Origin: a virus
Lineage: Duplodnaviria; Caudoviricetes
IMG/VR virus record: IMGVR_UViG_3300024996_000142
Location: 1 to 43,798 of that record
Length of the DNA: 43,798 bases
Direction: 5' to 3' (one strand)
A program made the translations under genes and the position numbers. Shown here piece after piece: positions 36,301 to 42,940 of this stretch (the first letter of the stretch is position 1; each line of letters begins with the position of its first letter). The notes below the pieces were generated by a model. The model had not been told where the DNA came from, ran no database searches, and saw only the letters and a program-made list of their open reading frames with translations.

Positions 36301-36947
36301 AAGAACGCTCGCGCGCCCTGGCCGATCAGGCGGTGATCGACAGCCAGGGGGGCGGCGAGACCAAGGACCTTGCCGCCATCGAGCGCGGCGGGCCGGTGCA
36401 AAGGCTGTTCACCGTGTTCTACAGCTTCATGAACACCGCGCTGAATGTAGGCGTGGTGCAGGCCAAGACCGCTGATACCCCGGCCAGGCGAGCCAAGCTG
36501 GCGGCCGACATGCTGCTGCTGTACACCGTGCCCGCCGTGCTGGGCGCGTTGCTCAAGGATGCCATCACGCCAGGCGACGACGGGGACGATGACGAGAAGC
36601 TGGTGCGCAAGCTGATCGCCGAGCAGATTTCGTTTCTGCTGGGGTTGTTCGTGGTGGGGCGCGAGTTCGCCGAGATCGGCAAGATCGCGGCGGGGGCCGA
36701 TGGCGTGCGCGACTACACCGGCCCCGCAGGGCTGCGCGTGGTGGCCGATGCCATCAAGTTCAGCCAGCAGGCCAGGCAGGGCGAGTTCGACGACGCCTTC
36801 CGCAAAGCCTTGGTCAACGCGGCGGGCAGCACCATGGGCCTGCCTGCGGCCCAGATCAACCGCAGCATCACCGGGGCCAAGGCACTGGCCGAAGGTGAAA
36901 CCGAAAACCCGGCCGCGCTGGTGCTGGGCTACCAGAAGCCCCGGTAG
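30375..36947 (+). CDS. Large ejection/polyvalent protein (2190 aa) with PBECR-like insert and HExxH metallopeptidase-like motif
   Basis: HIRKQHG..RGQ..IPEIV segment; ADLSTTLHEAGH; T7 gp16-like position. Confidence 0.85.
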   Translation: MNEYDQAILGAGGAQGDEYSQAVLGQQAQDGISSRLGYLVGSQQDPDAYAEARRVAASTGVPVDTVLARPADMKHQAAMGLIDFDALVATAPATAALLADVQKASVAHDDVGSLQAVEGTLGALGKKDLDRPKALQALVDAGGFAGGTLSALASALPKFNEGAWGALRAAGDILPSAIGQPIADFAARMGQTQRALADKLMPKAEGLLGASWYSGMQSFGLNALNLPLAFIPGGQEAVAARIGTSLTPLATAVAEQVAPRMAPVLWSMGATTGGMAYGEARDRGVGVLPSLAFGASQGVIEAGTEMIGMPALFSLLKPGKFAAKAAEYMLKEQGGEQLATHLQDLNEWATLHPERPFTDYLAERPAAAVQTALSVVFAGAAQAGTARGVGHVLYKAHQDSEKALASQQQAALLGQLTQIAQADKLLAREPETFQDFVQQAAEDGPVEQVYIDGNTLMQSGLVPQLAELSPAIAAQADEAAKTGGLVAIPVGEYAARIAPSEHAAALLEHLKTDPEGFSRAEAQVYLQTQGEQLQQEMVRALTDSVRAEQILADVASVREILKDELVNAGRRPDVADAESAVLGAYYATRAQDLDLKASELFEQRRLRIGAEPLDGEVLGQALATQPPEDWVHSTSGQDAAALFNGQTQARAVFWTDLQGKLAQDAPDLAGYSHSLDRSRADHIRKQHGDAGTETARGQVAVTGDDLARIPEIVTSYDAIDTDVPIKNEQGGQTLRGVVFAKKYEDAVVVYTAVQNRKRQDLRGATLWKYPPTTDAQTALKRATSGLTSETLGGMDASVSQGGGLHQGARGAFSPEHLAITLLKGADLSTTLHEAGHFFFENDVALASEIVARQTGEPTEGEQRILRDVGTVLTWHGLKGDVREQLAEWHNLPFEEKRSHHERFAESFERYLFEGRAPSLELTGYFQRFRTWMAGVYRSIKEFLARNPRAGALNPEVRAVFDRMLASDDQIALAEQGRSLVPLFEDAEQAGMTPEEFAAYQASGQQATADAVDELQARGLRDMQWLRNARGRELKRLQDEAKGLRAEHELEARVEVFSDPLYRAWRFLTNKLTEEDKLPEPVRTSTGQTLNPAQDSLLVAIAKLGGITRESAATHLGVHADDFRAPSGVFGAPVFRKTGGLSADAMAERLVEHGYLMPDASGAVDLHQLEDKVASELHGEPQYSFARDLGGMGQTEPRAGEGVDVATLGAARLDEGELKLMGLQPEVLASLKARRMVARNGLHPDLVAEQFGFTSGDELVRKLAAAETPREMVEALTDVRMLEAHGELATPEAIERAADEAVFNRARLRMVAAEDAALARATGKPRVLESAAREYAAALIARQRVRDLRPSRYTQAQTRAAREADKARKAGDVARAAAEKRNQLLQALAAREALQAREDVQRMVQYLRKFDRKVAGLDVGYADQIEQLLERFELRERSLKAIDQRVAFSKWLDEQREAGFEPDVPDALVSEANRQNYKNLTVQDLRALYETVRQIEHLGRLKNRLLLAQDAREYAAIRDEIAQSINQHAGNRHADNRTPSTNWGKAGKWLKAQGAAHIKVASWARIMDGGQDGGPVWEHFVRRANERGDMETGMRAEATQKLAAIIAPVRKLGAMSGKGAFFPSLGISLNRQERLALALNTGNEGNLQRLLDGEGWTREQIQPVLDSLTSVEWHAVQALWDHFDSYRPLIAAKEIRVYGKEPAWVQPAASSIIAADGIHVLLRGGYYPIKYDPARSQRAEEHVDAEAAKRELRGAYTSATTRRSFTKTRADQVKGRPLLLTLDGVYGGVNDVIHDLAWHEWLIDTNRLLRSQTIDEAIRSHYGAEVKQQFKTWAQDIAEGDRGAQAAMDAALGRLRQGVSVSGLGFNAVGAIMQPLGLSQSVVRVGAPWIGKAVLRYVASPVRLSREANEMSTFMANRTRTRFRELNELRNQVQDQGAFKEHVGRYAYWLMMRFQQVADVPTWHGAYDKALASGETEERSRALADQAVIDSQGGGETKDLAAIERGGPVQRLFTVFYSFMNTALNVGVVQAKTADTPARRAKLAADMLLLYTVPAVLGALLKDAITPGDDGDDDEKLVRKLIAEQISFLLGLFVVGREFAEIGKIAAGADGVRDYTGPAGLRVVADAIKFSQQARQGEFDDAFRKALVNAAGSTMGLPAAQINRSITGAKALAEGETENPAALVLGYQKPR

Positions 36948-36948
36948 C

Positions 36949-36980
36949 GGGCGCATGAAACCCCCGGGAGGGTGGACAGT
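36949..36980 (+). promoter_or_regulatory. Putative late promoter 4 (tail fibre and lysis)
   Basis: GGGCGCATGA-N16-GACAGT-N8-ATG. Confidence 0.7.
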
Positions 36981-36988
36981 GCGGGGCC

Positions 36989-37876
36989 ATGACTGTCGCA
37001 TCGTCCATCGCCCAGGCGGGGCCCTTCCTGGATACAGGCGGCCTTGATTACCCTTTCACCTTGCAGACGCCCGACGCCGCGTCCGTCAAGGTGATTCGAA
37101 CGACGAAGGTGGGCGACCTGTACGCCGACGCGACGCTGGCGCCAGGCACGGATTACAGCGTCACGCTCAACCCGGATCAAGAGAGCACGCCCGGGGGCAC
37201 GGTGCACGTCACGGCCTCGGTGGCGGGTACCTACATCACCGTGGTGCGCGATGTCGAGGCGACGCAAGGTACCTCCATCCCGAACCAAGGGGGGTTTTAC
37301 CCCGAGGTGCTCGAGCGCGCCCTGGACAAGCTCACCATGCTGGTGCAGCAGATCAAGGCGGACATTTCGCGATCACTGCTGCTCTCCTACGCCGACACGG
37401 AAACCACGATCGACTCCCTCGTCAGCTCGCTCGTCGGCGCCGCCGACACGGCTGTTCAGGCGGCCAGTGCCGCGTCAGGCAGCGCAGGGGTCGCCTCGGG
37501 CCACGCCACGGCGGCGCACGACAGCAAAACCGCCGCCGATGGCTCTGCGCAACTCGCGCAGGCTTGGGCCACGAAAACAGACGGGATGGTGGACGGCGCC
37601 GAGTACAGCGCCAAGAAATACGCGCAGGACGCACAAGCCGCCGCGCAACTGGCGACCGGTGGCCCGTTCTCCCCCGTCACCGCCCTCTCCGTCACCCGCT
37701 CTGGCGGCGCCATCACGGGCGGCAGCTTCGTGCACAACGGCGCGGCGGGCACGTTCAGCCTGAGCCGCACTGGCGGGCTGTTGTCTTCATCGAGCATCAC
37801 CAGCGGCGGCAGGACGCAGACCAGCACCTACACGCGCACAGGCGGCGTGATTTCTTCCGTATCCACCTCGGGGTAG
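36989..37876 (+). CDS. Tail fibre with T7-like N-terminal anchor; short adaptor type
   Basis: GTDYSV..GGTV, FYPEVLERALDKLTMLVQQ; Ala-rich stalk; C-terminal [TS]R[ST]GG repeats. Confidence 0.8.
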   Translation: MTVASSIAQAGPFLDTGGLDYPFTLQTPDAASVKVIRTTKVGDLYADATLAPGTDYSVTLNPDQESTPGGTVHVTASVAGTYITVVRDVEATQGTSIPNQGGFYPEVLERALDKLTMLVQQIKADISRSLLLSYADTETTIDSLVSSLVGAADTAVQAASAASGSAGVASGHATAAHDSKTAADGSAQLAQAWATKTDGMVDGAEYSAKKYAQDAQAAAQLATGGPFSPVTALSVTRSGGAITGGSFVHNGAAGTFSLSRTGGLLSSSSITSGGRTQTSTYTRTGGVISSVSTSG

Positions 37877-37879
37877 CAC

Positions 37880-38608
37880 ATGGCTCTTGATCTTGACATT
37901 GCAACGCTCGACGAGATCGAGCAACTGCGCTCGCACTTCACCCTGCTCAACGGCTCGCCCGAGGCGATCAGCGTGCTGCTCGATCCGGCGGTGACGCCAT
38001 CGTCCTTTGCGACGTGGCTCTCAGGCAGCGGCAAGCTGGCGCTGTTTGAGCAACTGATGGCTGCACCGGCTGCTGTCGGTGCTGTCGCGGCCAATGCCAC
38101 GGCGATGGCGGCGGTGGCTGCAAGCTCGACGGCGATGGCGGCGGTGGCTGCAAGCTCGACGGCGATGGAGGCGGTGGCTGCAAGCTCGACGGCGATGGAG
38201 GCGGTGGCTGCAAGCTCGACGGCGCTCATGCAGATACATGCCAGCGACACCGCCCTCAACGCCATCAAGGCCAGCGCGACGGCGATTGCCGCCATGCGAG
38301 GCTCCGCCAGGTACTTGCTTTCCGCCAATCAGGTTTACAGCGGCTCTGGCGTAACGATAGGCGGCACCACGAGCGGCGCCAGCTACATCGTGGTCGGCAT
38401 TTCTTCAAGTAATTGGGTTGCGGGGGCTGCGCTCAGCGTCGACACCCGACGTAGTGGCTCATCGATTGCCAACACGGGGCTCAACCCTGGCAAGCAATCC
38501 AGCGACGGCAAGGCGATAGATCTTGCCATCCCCATCGTCGGCCCGTTTACCGGCAAGGATGCTGGTGGCTATTCCTACGCCATCGGCCTCGTGCGCTGTG
38601 ATGTTTGA
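37880..38608 (+). CDS. Putative tail-associated protein with 10-aa AMxAVAASST repeats
   Basis: Follows the tail fibre; tandem repeat; beta-rich C-terminal domain. Confidence 0.7.
   Translation: MALDLDIATLDEIEQLRSHFTLLNGSPEAISVLLDPAVTPSSFATWLSGSGKLALFEQLMAAPAAVGAVAANATAMAAVAASSTAMAAVAASSTAMEAVAASSTAMEAVAASSTALMQIHASDTALNAIKASATAIAAMRGSARYLLSANQVYSGSGVTIGGTTSGASYIVVGISSSNWVAGAALSVDTRRSGSSIANTGLNPGKQSSDGKAIDLAIPIVGPFTGKDAGGYSYAIGLVRCDV
38101..38224 (+). repeat. 30-bp tandem repeat, four copies
   Basis: GGCGATGGMGGCGGTGGCTGCAAGCTCGAC at 38101, 38131, 38161 and 38191. Confidence 0.95.
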
Positions 38609-38619
38609 GGAGTCGAGCT

Positions 38620-39279
38620 ATGCGTATTCTTCTTGACACCACCGGCGCCATCGTCGGCTACACCAACAGCGCGGACTACGCGGTGCAGCCGGGGCAGAGC
38701 CTTGTCCCGGCGCCTGCCGAGTTTGAAATCGAGTCCGCTGTGGAATGGGTGTATCAGGACGGCGCCCTGACGCACGACGCGGCGCTGGCCCTTGCCAGCG
38801 CCAAGACGGCCCGCATCGCGCGCATCAAGCAAGAGGCTGCCGCGCTGATCGAGCAAAGCGATTGGCAAGTGCAGCGCGCGCAGGAGCGCGAGCAGGCGGG
38901 CTTTGCCAACGTGGCTGACGTGGCGGCGGTGCTGGCAGTGCGCGAGGCGGTGCGGCAATCGAGCAATGCGGCTGAGGCGGCGGTGAATGCTCTGACCGAC
39001 ATTGCCGACGTGCACGCCTTCACTTGGCAGGCTGACGATGTGACCGTGCCCGCCCCGCGCTTGATGACGCATGAGCAGTTCATCCAGCGCTTCACCTCTG
39101 CCGAATGGGAGGCGATGACGGGCGCCGCGCGGGCCAATGCCGCGATGGATGCGTGGATGCGCCGCTTTTCGCTGGCGCGCGTGGTGAACCTGGATGATCC
39201 TGCCACGCAAGCCGGGGTGCAGGCGCTGGAAATTGCCGGGTTGCTGGCGGCGGGCCGGGCGGATGAGGTGCTGGGATGA
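38620..39279 (+). CDS. Probable tail fibre assembly chaperone
   Basis: AKTARIARIKQEAAALIEQSDW...R.AVRQSSN and FIQRFTSAE...VNLDDP...GRADEVL modules; GAGGAG RBS. Confidence 0.65.
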   Translation: MRILLDTTGAIVGYTNSADYAVQPGQSLVPAPAEFEIESAVEWVYQDGALTHDAALALASAKTARIARIKQEAAALIEQSDWQVQRAQEREQAGFANVADVAAVLAVREAVRQSSNAAEAAVNALTDIADVHAFTWQADDVTVPAPRLMTHEQFIQRFTSAEWEAMTGAARANAAMDAWMRRFSLARVVNLDDPATQAGVQALEIAGLLAAGRADEVLG

Positions 39280-39989
39280 ACATCGCCAACTTGCTGCAAG
39301 ACGCTGGTGTGCCGCCGACGCTATGGCCTGAGGCGCAGGCGTGTCTAGACCGCGCGCTTGAGACCACCGGCGGCACGCTGGGCGCGATGACCTGGCGCAA
39401 GCATTTCGTCAGGTTCTTCAGGGCGGGGAAGATCGCCAAGATGCTCCCGTGGACGGCAAACCGTCTACTCGATGTTGATCCTGATCTTGCAGCCTGGGAC
39501 ATTGCCCCCATGCTGAACATCACGAGCAACGGCGATAACGGCGCGTGGGTCAGTACGCCGGACGGCGGCAGGCCGATCCAGGATAGCTGGCTTGACCCTG
39601 ATCCGACGAGTGCCGATTACCGCGCGGCGGTGGATGCCTGCTACTGGGCGCCCGGCCACCACCCGCGCTCACCCGAGGCACGGAAAGCGTGGTACCGCCG
39701 CAATGCCTGCGAGTACGCGGCGTGGGATCGAGGCTCGCCCGTGGGTGCGACGGCGATGGAGTGGTCTGGCAACGGCATCACGGTGCTACGCAGCGGCCCG
39801 GCGTGGCACATCTTCGGCGTCGTACCGTGGCTCGGGCCGCTCAAGATGAAGGTCGACATCGGCTACGCGGTCGGCAACGTCTTCGGCGTGGTCGGCGGCC
39901 GTCGCGTGCAGTGCTGGTACCCCTTGCCGAGCCACGAGCTGCGGGCTTGTGTGGTGTGGGTGCGCCATCCAACATGGAGCAAAGCATGA
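39276..39989 (+). CDS. Hypothetical Trp-rich protein
   Basis: 237-aa ORF with ATGA overlaps on both sides. Confidence 0.7.
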   Translation: MNIANLLQDAGVPPTLWPEAQACLDRALETTGGTLGAMTWRKHFVRFFRAGKIAKMLPWTANRLLDVDPDLAAWDIAPMLNITSNGDNGAWVSTPDGGRPIQDSWLDPDPTSADYRAAVDACYWAPGHHPRSPEARKAWYRRNACEYAAWDRGSPVGATAMEWSGNGITVLRSGPAWHIFGVVPWLGPLKMKVDIGYAVGNVFGVVGGRRVQCWYPLPSHELRACVVWVRHPTWSKA

Positions 39990-40342
39990 GTGTGACTCGC
40001 GAAGCCGCTGAAGCCACCATCGCCGCCGCCGCGCCGAAGATCACGGTTGCGGGAGTTGCGACGATGGGCGCTGGCTGGCTGACCTTGGACAGCCTGGTGA
40101 CGATCATCGGCGTACTGGTTGCCATGGTGGGTGGTTGGGCCACGGTGTACTTCAAACTTCGAGGCGACCGGCGCGCGGAAGCCAAGCGCTATGAAGAGCA
40201 CGAGGAGCACGCGCGCCGCATGGAGTTCTGGGATCAGTGCATCGCCGCAGGCGGCGCGATTTCACCGGCCATGGCGCAGCGTGCGCAAGACCTGGGCATC
40301 GCGTTGCGCGAGAGTGACGTCGCGAAGGATGAAGAGTCATGA
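39986..40342 (+). CDS. Holin (probable pinholin)
   Basis: Two hydrophobic segments then a charged tail; immediately upstream of the endolysin; start reassigned. Confidence 0.75.
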   Translation: MSVTREAAEATIAAAAPKITVAGVATMGAGWLTLDSLVTIIGVLVAMVGGWATVYFKLRGDRRAEAKRYEEHEEHARRMEFWDQCIAAGGAISPAMAQRAQDLGIALRESDVAKDEES

Positions 40343-40848
40343 CTTCACCTCGCATGCTTGTCGCATCTCTGAGCGCCGCCGGTCTGATCGGCATTGCCAT
40401 CTTCGAGGGCTACGCGCCCGTGGCCACGCCGCCCGTGCCCGGCGATGTGCCCACGGCTGGCTTTGGCAGCACACGCAGCGAGACCGGCCCCATGCGCGCT
40501 GGCGAGCGTGTTGACCCCGTGCGCGGCCTGATCCTGCTGGCGCGCGACGCGAGCGAGGCAGAGCGCATCGTGCAGCGCTGCGCGCCGGTGCCAATGTACC
40601 AGCGCGAGTTCGACGCCTACGTGAGCCTGGCCTACAACATCGGGCCAGGCCGGGCGGGCGTGAAAGATGGCTTCTGCGTGCTCAAGAGCGGCCAGCCCTC
40701 CACGCTCGTGCGTCGCCTGCTGGCGGGCGACTACGCGGGCGCGTGCGCTGAGATTTTGAGCTGGGACAAGTTCAAGGGCAAGCCGCTGCGGGGCTTGACC
40801 AACCGGCGCCAAGACGAGTATCGGCGCTGCATGGGAGAGTCGCAATGA
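40339..40848 (+). CDS. GH24 lysozyme, probable SAR endolysin
   Basis: Weakly hydrophobic N-terminus, FEG..GDVPTAGFG, AYNIG and GLTNRR motifs. Confidence 0.9.
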   Translation: MTSPRMLVASLSAAGLIGIAIFEGYAPVATPPVPGDVPTAGFGSTRSETGPMRAGERVDPVRGLILLARDASEAERIVQRCAPVPMYQREFDAYVSLAYNIGPGRAGVKDGFCVLKSGQPSTLVRRLLAGDYAGACAEILSWDKFKGKPLRGLTNRRQDEYRRCMGESQ

Positions 40849-40958
40849 CCCTCGTCCGCCTTCTGGCGACGTTGACCGGCTATGTCGTCTGGCTCATGTT
40901 CTGGCTTGGCGCTTTTGGTTTCGCGCACTTTGAGTTGATTTTCAAAGGGGTGCAGTGA
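40845..40958 (+). CDS. Small hydrophobic protein (37 aa) within the lysis cassette
   Basis: MTLVRLLATLTGYVVWLMFWLGAFGFAHFELIFKGVQ; ATGA and TGATG coupling on both sides. Confidence 0.55.
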   Translation: MTLVRLLATLTGYVVWLMFWLGAFGFAHFELIFKGVQ

Positions 40959-41515
40959 TGTTGACCTGGCTGCGCGCGAACCTCATGACCGGCCTGTCGC
41001 TGGTACTCATCGTGCTGCTGGGTTTGCAGACTTGGCGCCTGCACAGCGAGCAACTGGCGCACCGCGACTTGCAAGTGAGCGTCGAACGAGACCGGCAGAC
41101 ACGCACCGCCGCCGCGCTCAAGGCCGTCAATGACAACACGACCAAGCAAGAGACCCACGCAACCGCTTCACAGGAGAACGCCAGTGACTTGCTCGAAACA
41201 CTTTCCCGGCAGCGCGACGTTGCTCTCGTTGCTGCTGCTCGCGCTGAGCGGCTGCGCCTCGATGAGTCCCGCAGAGCCGCCACTTACCGTGCCATGTCCG
41301 AAGCCGGGGCCGCTGCCTGCCGCGATCTCGCGCATCGGGCTACAGCCCTCGACGAACGTCTTGCAGAAGGCGTCGGCGTGGTCGCTGAACTCAGAAGCGT
41401 TGTTGAACGCAGAGATGCCGAAGTCAGAGCCTTGAGGGGGCAGATTGATGCAGACAGGGCCCTTTTTGGGCAACCGGGCCCGCCGGATGCGGGCGTCGAT
41501 GAAAGGCAACCATGA
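40958..41515 (+). CDS. Rz: i-spanin (Rz-like)
   Basis: N-terminal TM segment plus periplasmic coiled coil, after the endolysin. Confidence 0.8.
   Translation: MLTWLRANLMTGLSLVLIVLLGLQTWRLHSEQLAHRDLQVSVERDRQTRTAAALKAVNDNTTKQETHATASQENASDLLETLSRQRDVALVAAARAERLRLDESRRAATYRAMSEAGAAACRDLAHRATALDERLAEGVGVVAELRSVVERRDAEVRALRGQIDADRALFGQPGPPDAGVDERQP
41184..41435 (+). CDS. Rz1: o-spanin lipoprotein (Rz1-like), embedded in Rz in the +1 frame
   Basis: AGGAG RBS, GTG start, LLSLLLLALSGC lipobox, Pro-rich mature part. Confidence 0.8.
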   Translation: MTCSKHFPGSATLLSLLLLALSGCASMSPAEPPLTVPCPKPGPLPAAISRIGLQPSTNVLQKASAWSLNSEALLNAEMPKSEP

Positions 41516-42099
41516 ACAAAATCTACGAAGGCACAAAACGCCTGTACGCCAAGCCCATGACTCGTGGCGAATACAACGCATATCGCGGCTGGGAGGTGCC
41601 CGCCGACGAGAACCCTGCTGATGACGGCTATCTCGTCGAGTACGTGGACGGTGGCAAGGCCAACGATTCGCGGCACGCGGGGTACATCTCGTGGTCGCCC
41701 AAGGACGTGTTCGAGCGCAGTTACAAGCCGGTGCAGTGCGATCCCGTAGGCTCGCTGGAGCGCGAGATTCAGGCCAAAGCCAACGTGGCGCCGCGCGTGA
41801 CGCCGCAGGACATTGAGGCCGAGATTGCCAGCGAGTTCTATTTCACCGCCGCCGATGGCGTGCGCGGCGAATCCGAGATGGGCACCAGTCCGGCGGGCCG
41901 CGCCAAGTCGCTGGAACTGCTGACCTTCTGCGTTTTGGTGCTGAAAAATGGTTTCACCGTCACCGGCGAATCGGCATGCGTCAGCCCGGAGAACTTCAGC
42001 GCCGAGATCGGCCGCAAGGTTGCCCGGCAGAAAGCCGTCGAGAAAATCTGGCCGTTGCTGGGCTTTCGGTTGCGCGATCGGCTGACGGATCGGGGATAA
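41512..42099 (+). CDS. Two-domain protein with C-terminal N4 gp49/Sf6 gp66-family domain; candidate anti-defence sponge
   Basis: N-terminal YEGTK..A.PMTRGEYN.YRGW..GYLVEY..YISWSPKDVFE; C-terminal APRVTP...TFCVLVLKNGFTVTGESACVSPENF.AEIG. Confidence 0.8.
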   Translation: MNKIYEGTKRLYAKPMTRGEYNAYRGWEVPADENPADDGYLVEYVDGGKANDSRHAGYISWSPKDVFERSYKPVQCDPVGSLEREIQAKANVAPRVTPQDIEAEIASEFYFTAADGVRGESEMGTSPAGRAKSLELLTFCVLVLKNGFTVTGESACVSPENFSAEIGRKVARQKAVEKIWPLLGFRLRDRLTDRG

Positions 42100-42111
42100 A
42101 CCGGGGATAAA
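42090..42111 (+). repeat. Tandem CGGGGATA repeats (11-bp period), probable integrase arm-type sites, right end
   Basis: tcggggataaaccggggataaa; matches 22-45. Confidence 0.7.
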
Positions 42112-42190
42112 ACGCAGCAATCCACAGTAGCTCACGGGTGCTGTTCCCTGTGGGAGATGCCTGTTGGTTGCTTTTGGTTCCCTAATCGGC

Positions 42191-42217
42191 TGGGTTCGAG
42201 CCCCATCAGCCACCCCA
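42191..42217 (+). other. attR core: 3' fragment of a tRNA, most likely tRNA-His
   Basis: TGGG-TTCGAGC-CCCA T-arm followed by TCAGCCACCCCA acceptor strand ending CCA; no D or anticodon arm upstream. Confidence 0.8.
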
Positions 42218-42235
42218 TAAATGCTAAGTCTGCTG

Positions 42236-42475
42236 CTACATAGTTTGTAGCCGTGGGAAATTTAAAGGCCTCCGTGGGAAATCGCGGGGGCTTTTTTCAT
42301 AGAGACTTCCGCTTGGAAACCCGGCTGCGCTCGTACACGCGGGTGGTTGTTGCCGGGTCGGTTTGCCGCCGATGGGGTGGTAGCGGTAGGTGATGGTCTT
42401 GCCGTTGCGCCACGGCCGCGCTTCCATGAGCGGCAGCAAGCCCTGGGCGCTGGCGCGTTCGCGCTTGGGTGGCAT
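42236..42475 (-). pseudogene. Truncated integrase remnant of a second element
   Basis: MPPKRERASAQGLLPLMEARPWRNGKTITYRYHPIGGKP resembles an integrase arm-binding N-terminus; no catalytic domain; CCGTGGGAAAT repeated at 42251 and 42272. Confidence 0.6.
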
Positions 42476-42888
42476 TTCAAGTGCCCCAGTTCAATCAGTT
42501 GTTGGTAGCAGTCTGGTCCTGGCGTTCGTTAGGATCCAGGCGACGCAGCATATCGTGCGTGATGTGTTTCCAATGTGTCGTCGATGACGCTCCACCAGTG
42601 AATGCCGATTTCCTCGATCTGGCTTAACACATCGAAGGCGGTGATCGGGTTGGAGGTTGGTTCGATTGTTCCAGCGCTGGACTGCTGAGGGGCGGAAGCA
42701 ATCGTCTGGCTCCCTTCAGCCTGGATTGCCGGTGCGGGTGCGAGTGTTGTGGAGTCTGTTTCCTTGTGAGAAGGGTTGCGGGTCAAGAGATCACACGGTT
42801 GGCGCCGTGTGGGTTCGGACGTCGGGCTGGCAGTTGACGCTGCCAGTCCGAAGTTTTTTTGGCTGAGGGCCTGTCAAATCACACAGAT

Positions 42889-42934
42889 TCGTACATACGA
42901 TTTGCTTGCCTTGATCCCTGATCGTATGCACAAT
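42889..42934 (+). promoter_or_regulatory. brnTA promoter and putative operator
   Basis: Palindrome TCGTACATACGA (42889-900) and degenerate copy TCGTATGCACAA (42922-33); TTGCCT-N17-CACAAT-N6-GTG. Confidence 0.6.
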
Positions 42935-42940
42935 TAACCC

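Larger units (their letters stand above)
1..42217. mobile_element. Temperate podovirus prophage (BPP-1/BcepC6B-like organisation); attL probably lies just left of the window
   Basis: Full set of modules (int/xis, replication, cI/cro, terminase, portal, capsid, T7-like tail tube, ejection proteins, lysis), ending in a tRNA 3' fragment. Confidence 0.95.

Noticed and set aside
39974-39988. Dual-start holin/antiholin (MEQSM)
   Set aside because: The upstream ATG has no RBS and overlaps the GGAG serving the downstream ATG; no basic residue in the extension
36989-42099. Diversity-generating retroelement as in BPP-1
   Set aside because: No reverse transcriptase ORF and no TR/VR repeat pair differing at adenines was visible
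42140-42217. Complete tRNA gene
   Set aside because: Only the T-arm and 3' acceptor strand are present; the upstream sequence does not form D or anticodon arms
42235-42251. Extra CI operator outside the prophage (GCTACA-N5-TGTAGC)
   Set aside because: Half-sites resemble the operators but the spacer is 5 bp rather than 2; more likely part of the relic element
42529-42786. 85-aa minus-strand ORF as a functional gene
   Set aside because: No recognisable motif, low-complexity N-terminus, and located in a degraded region
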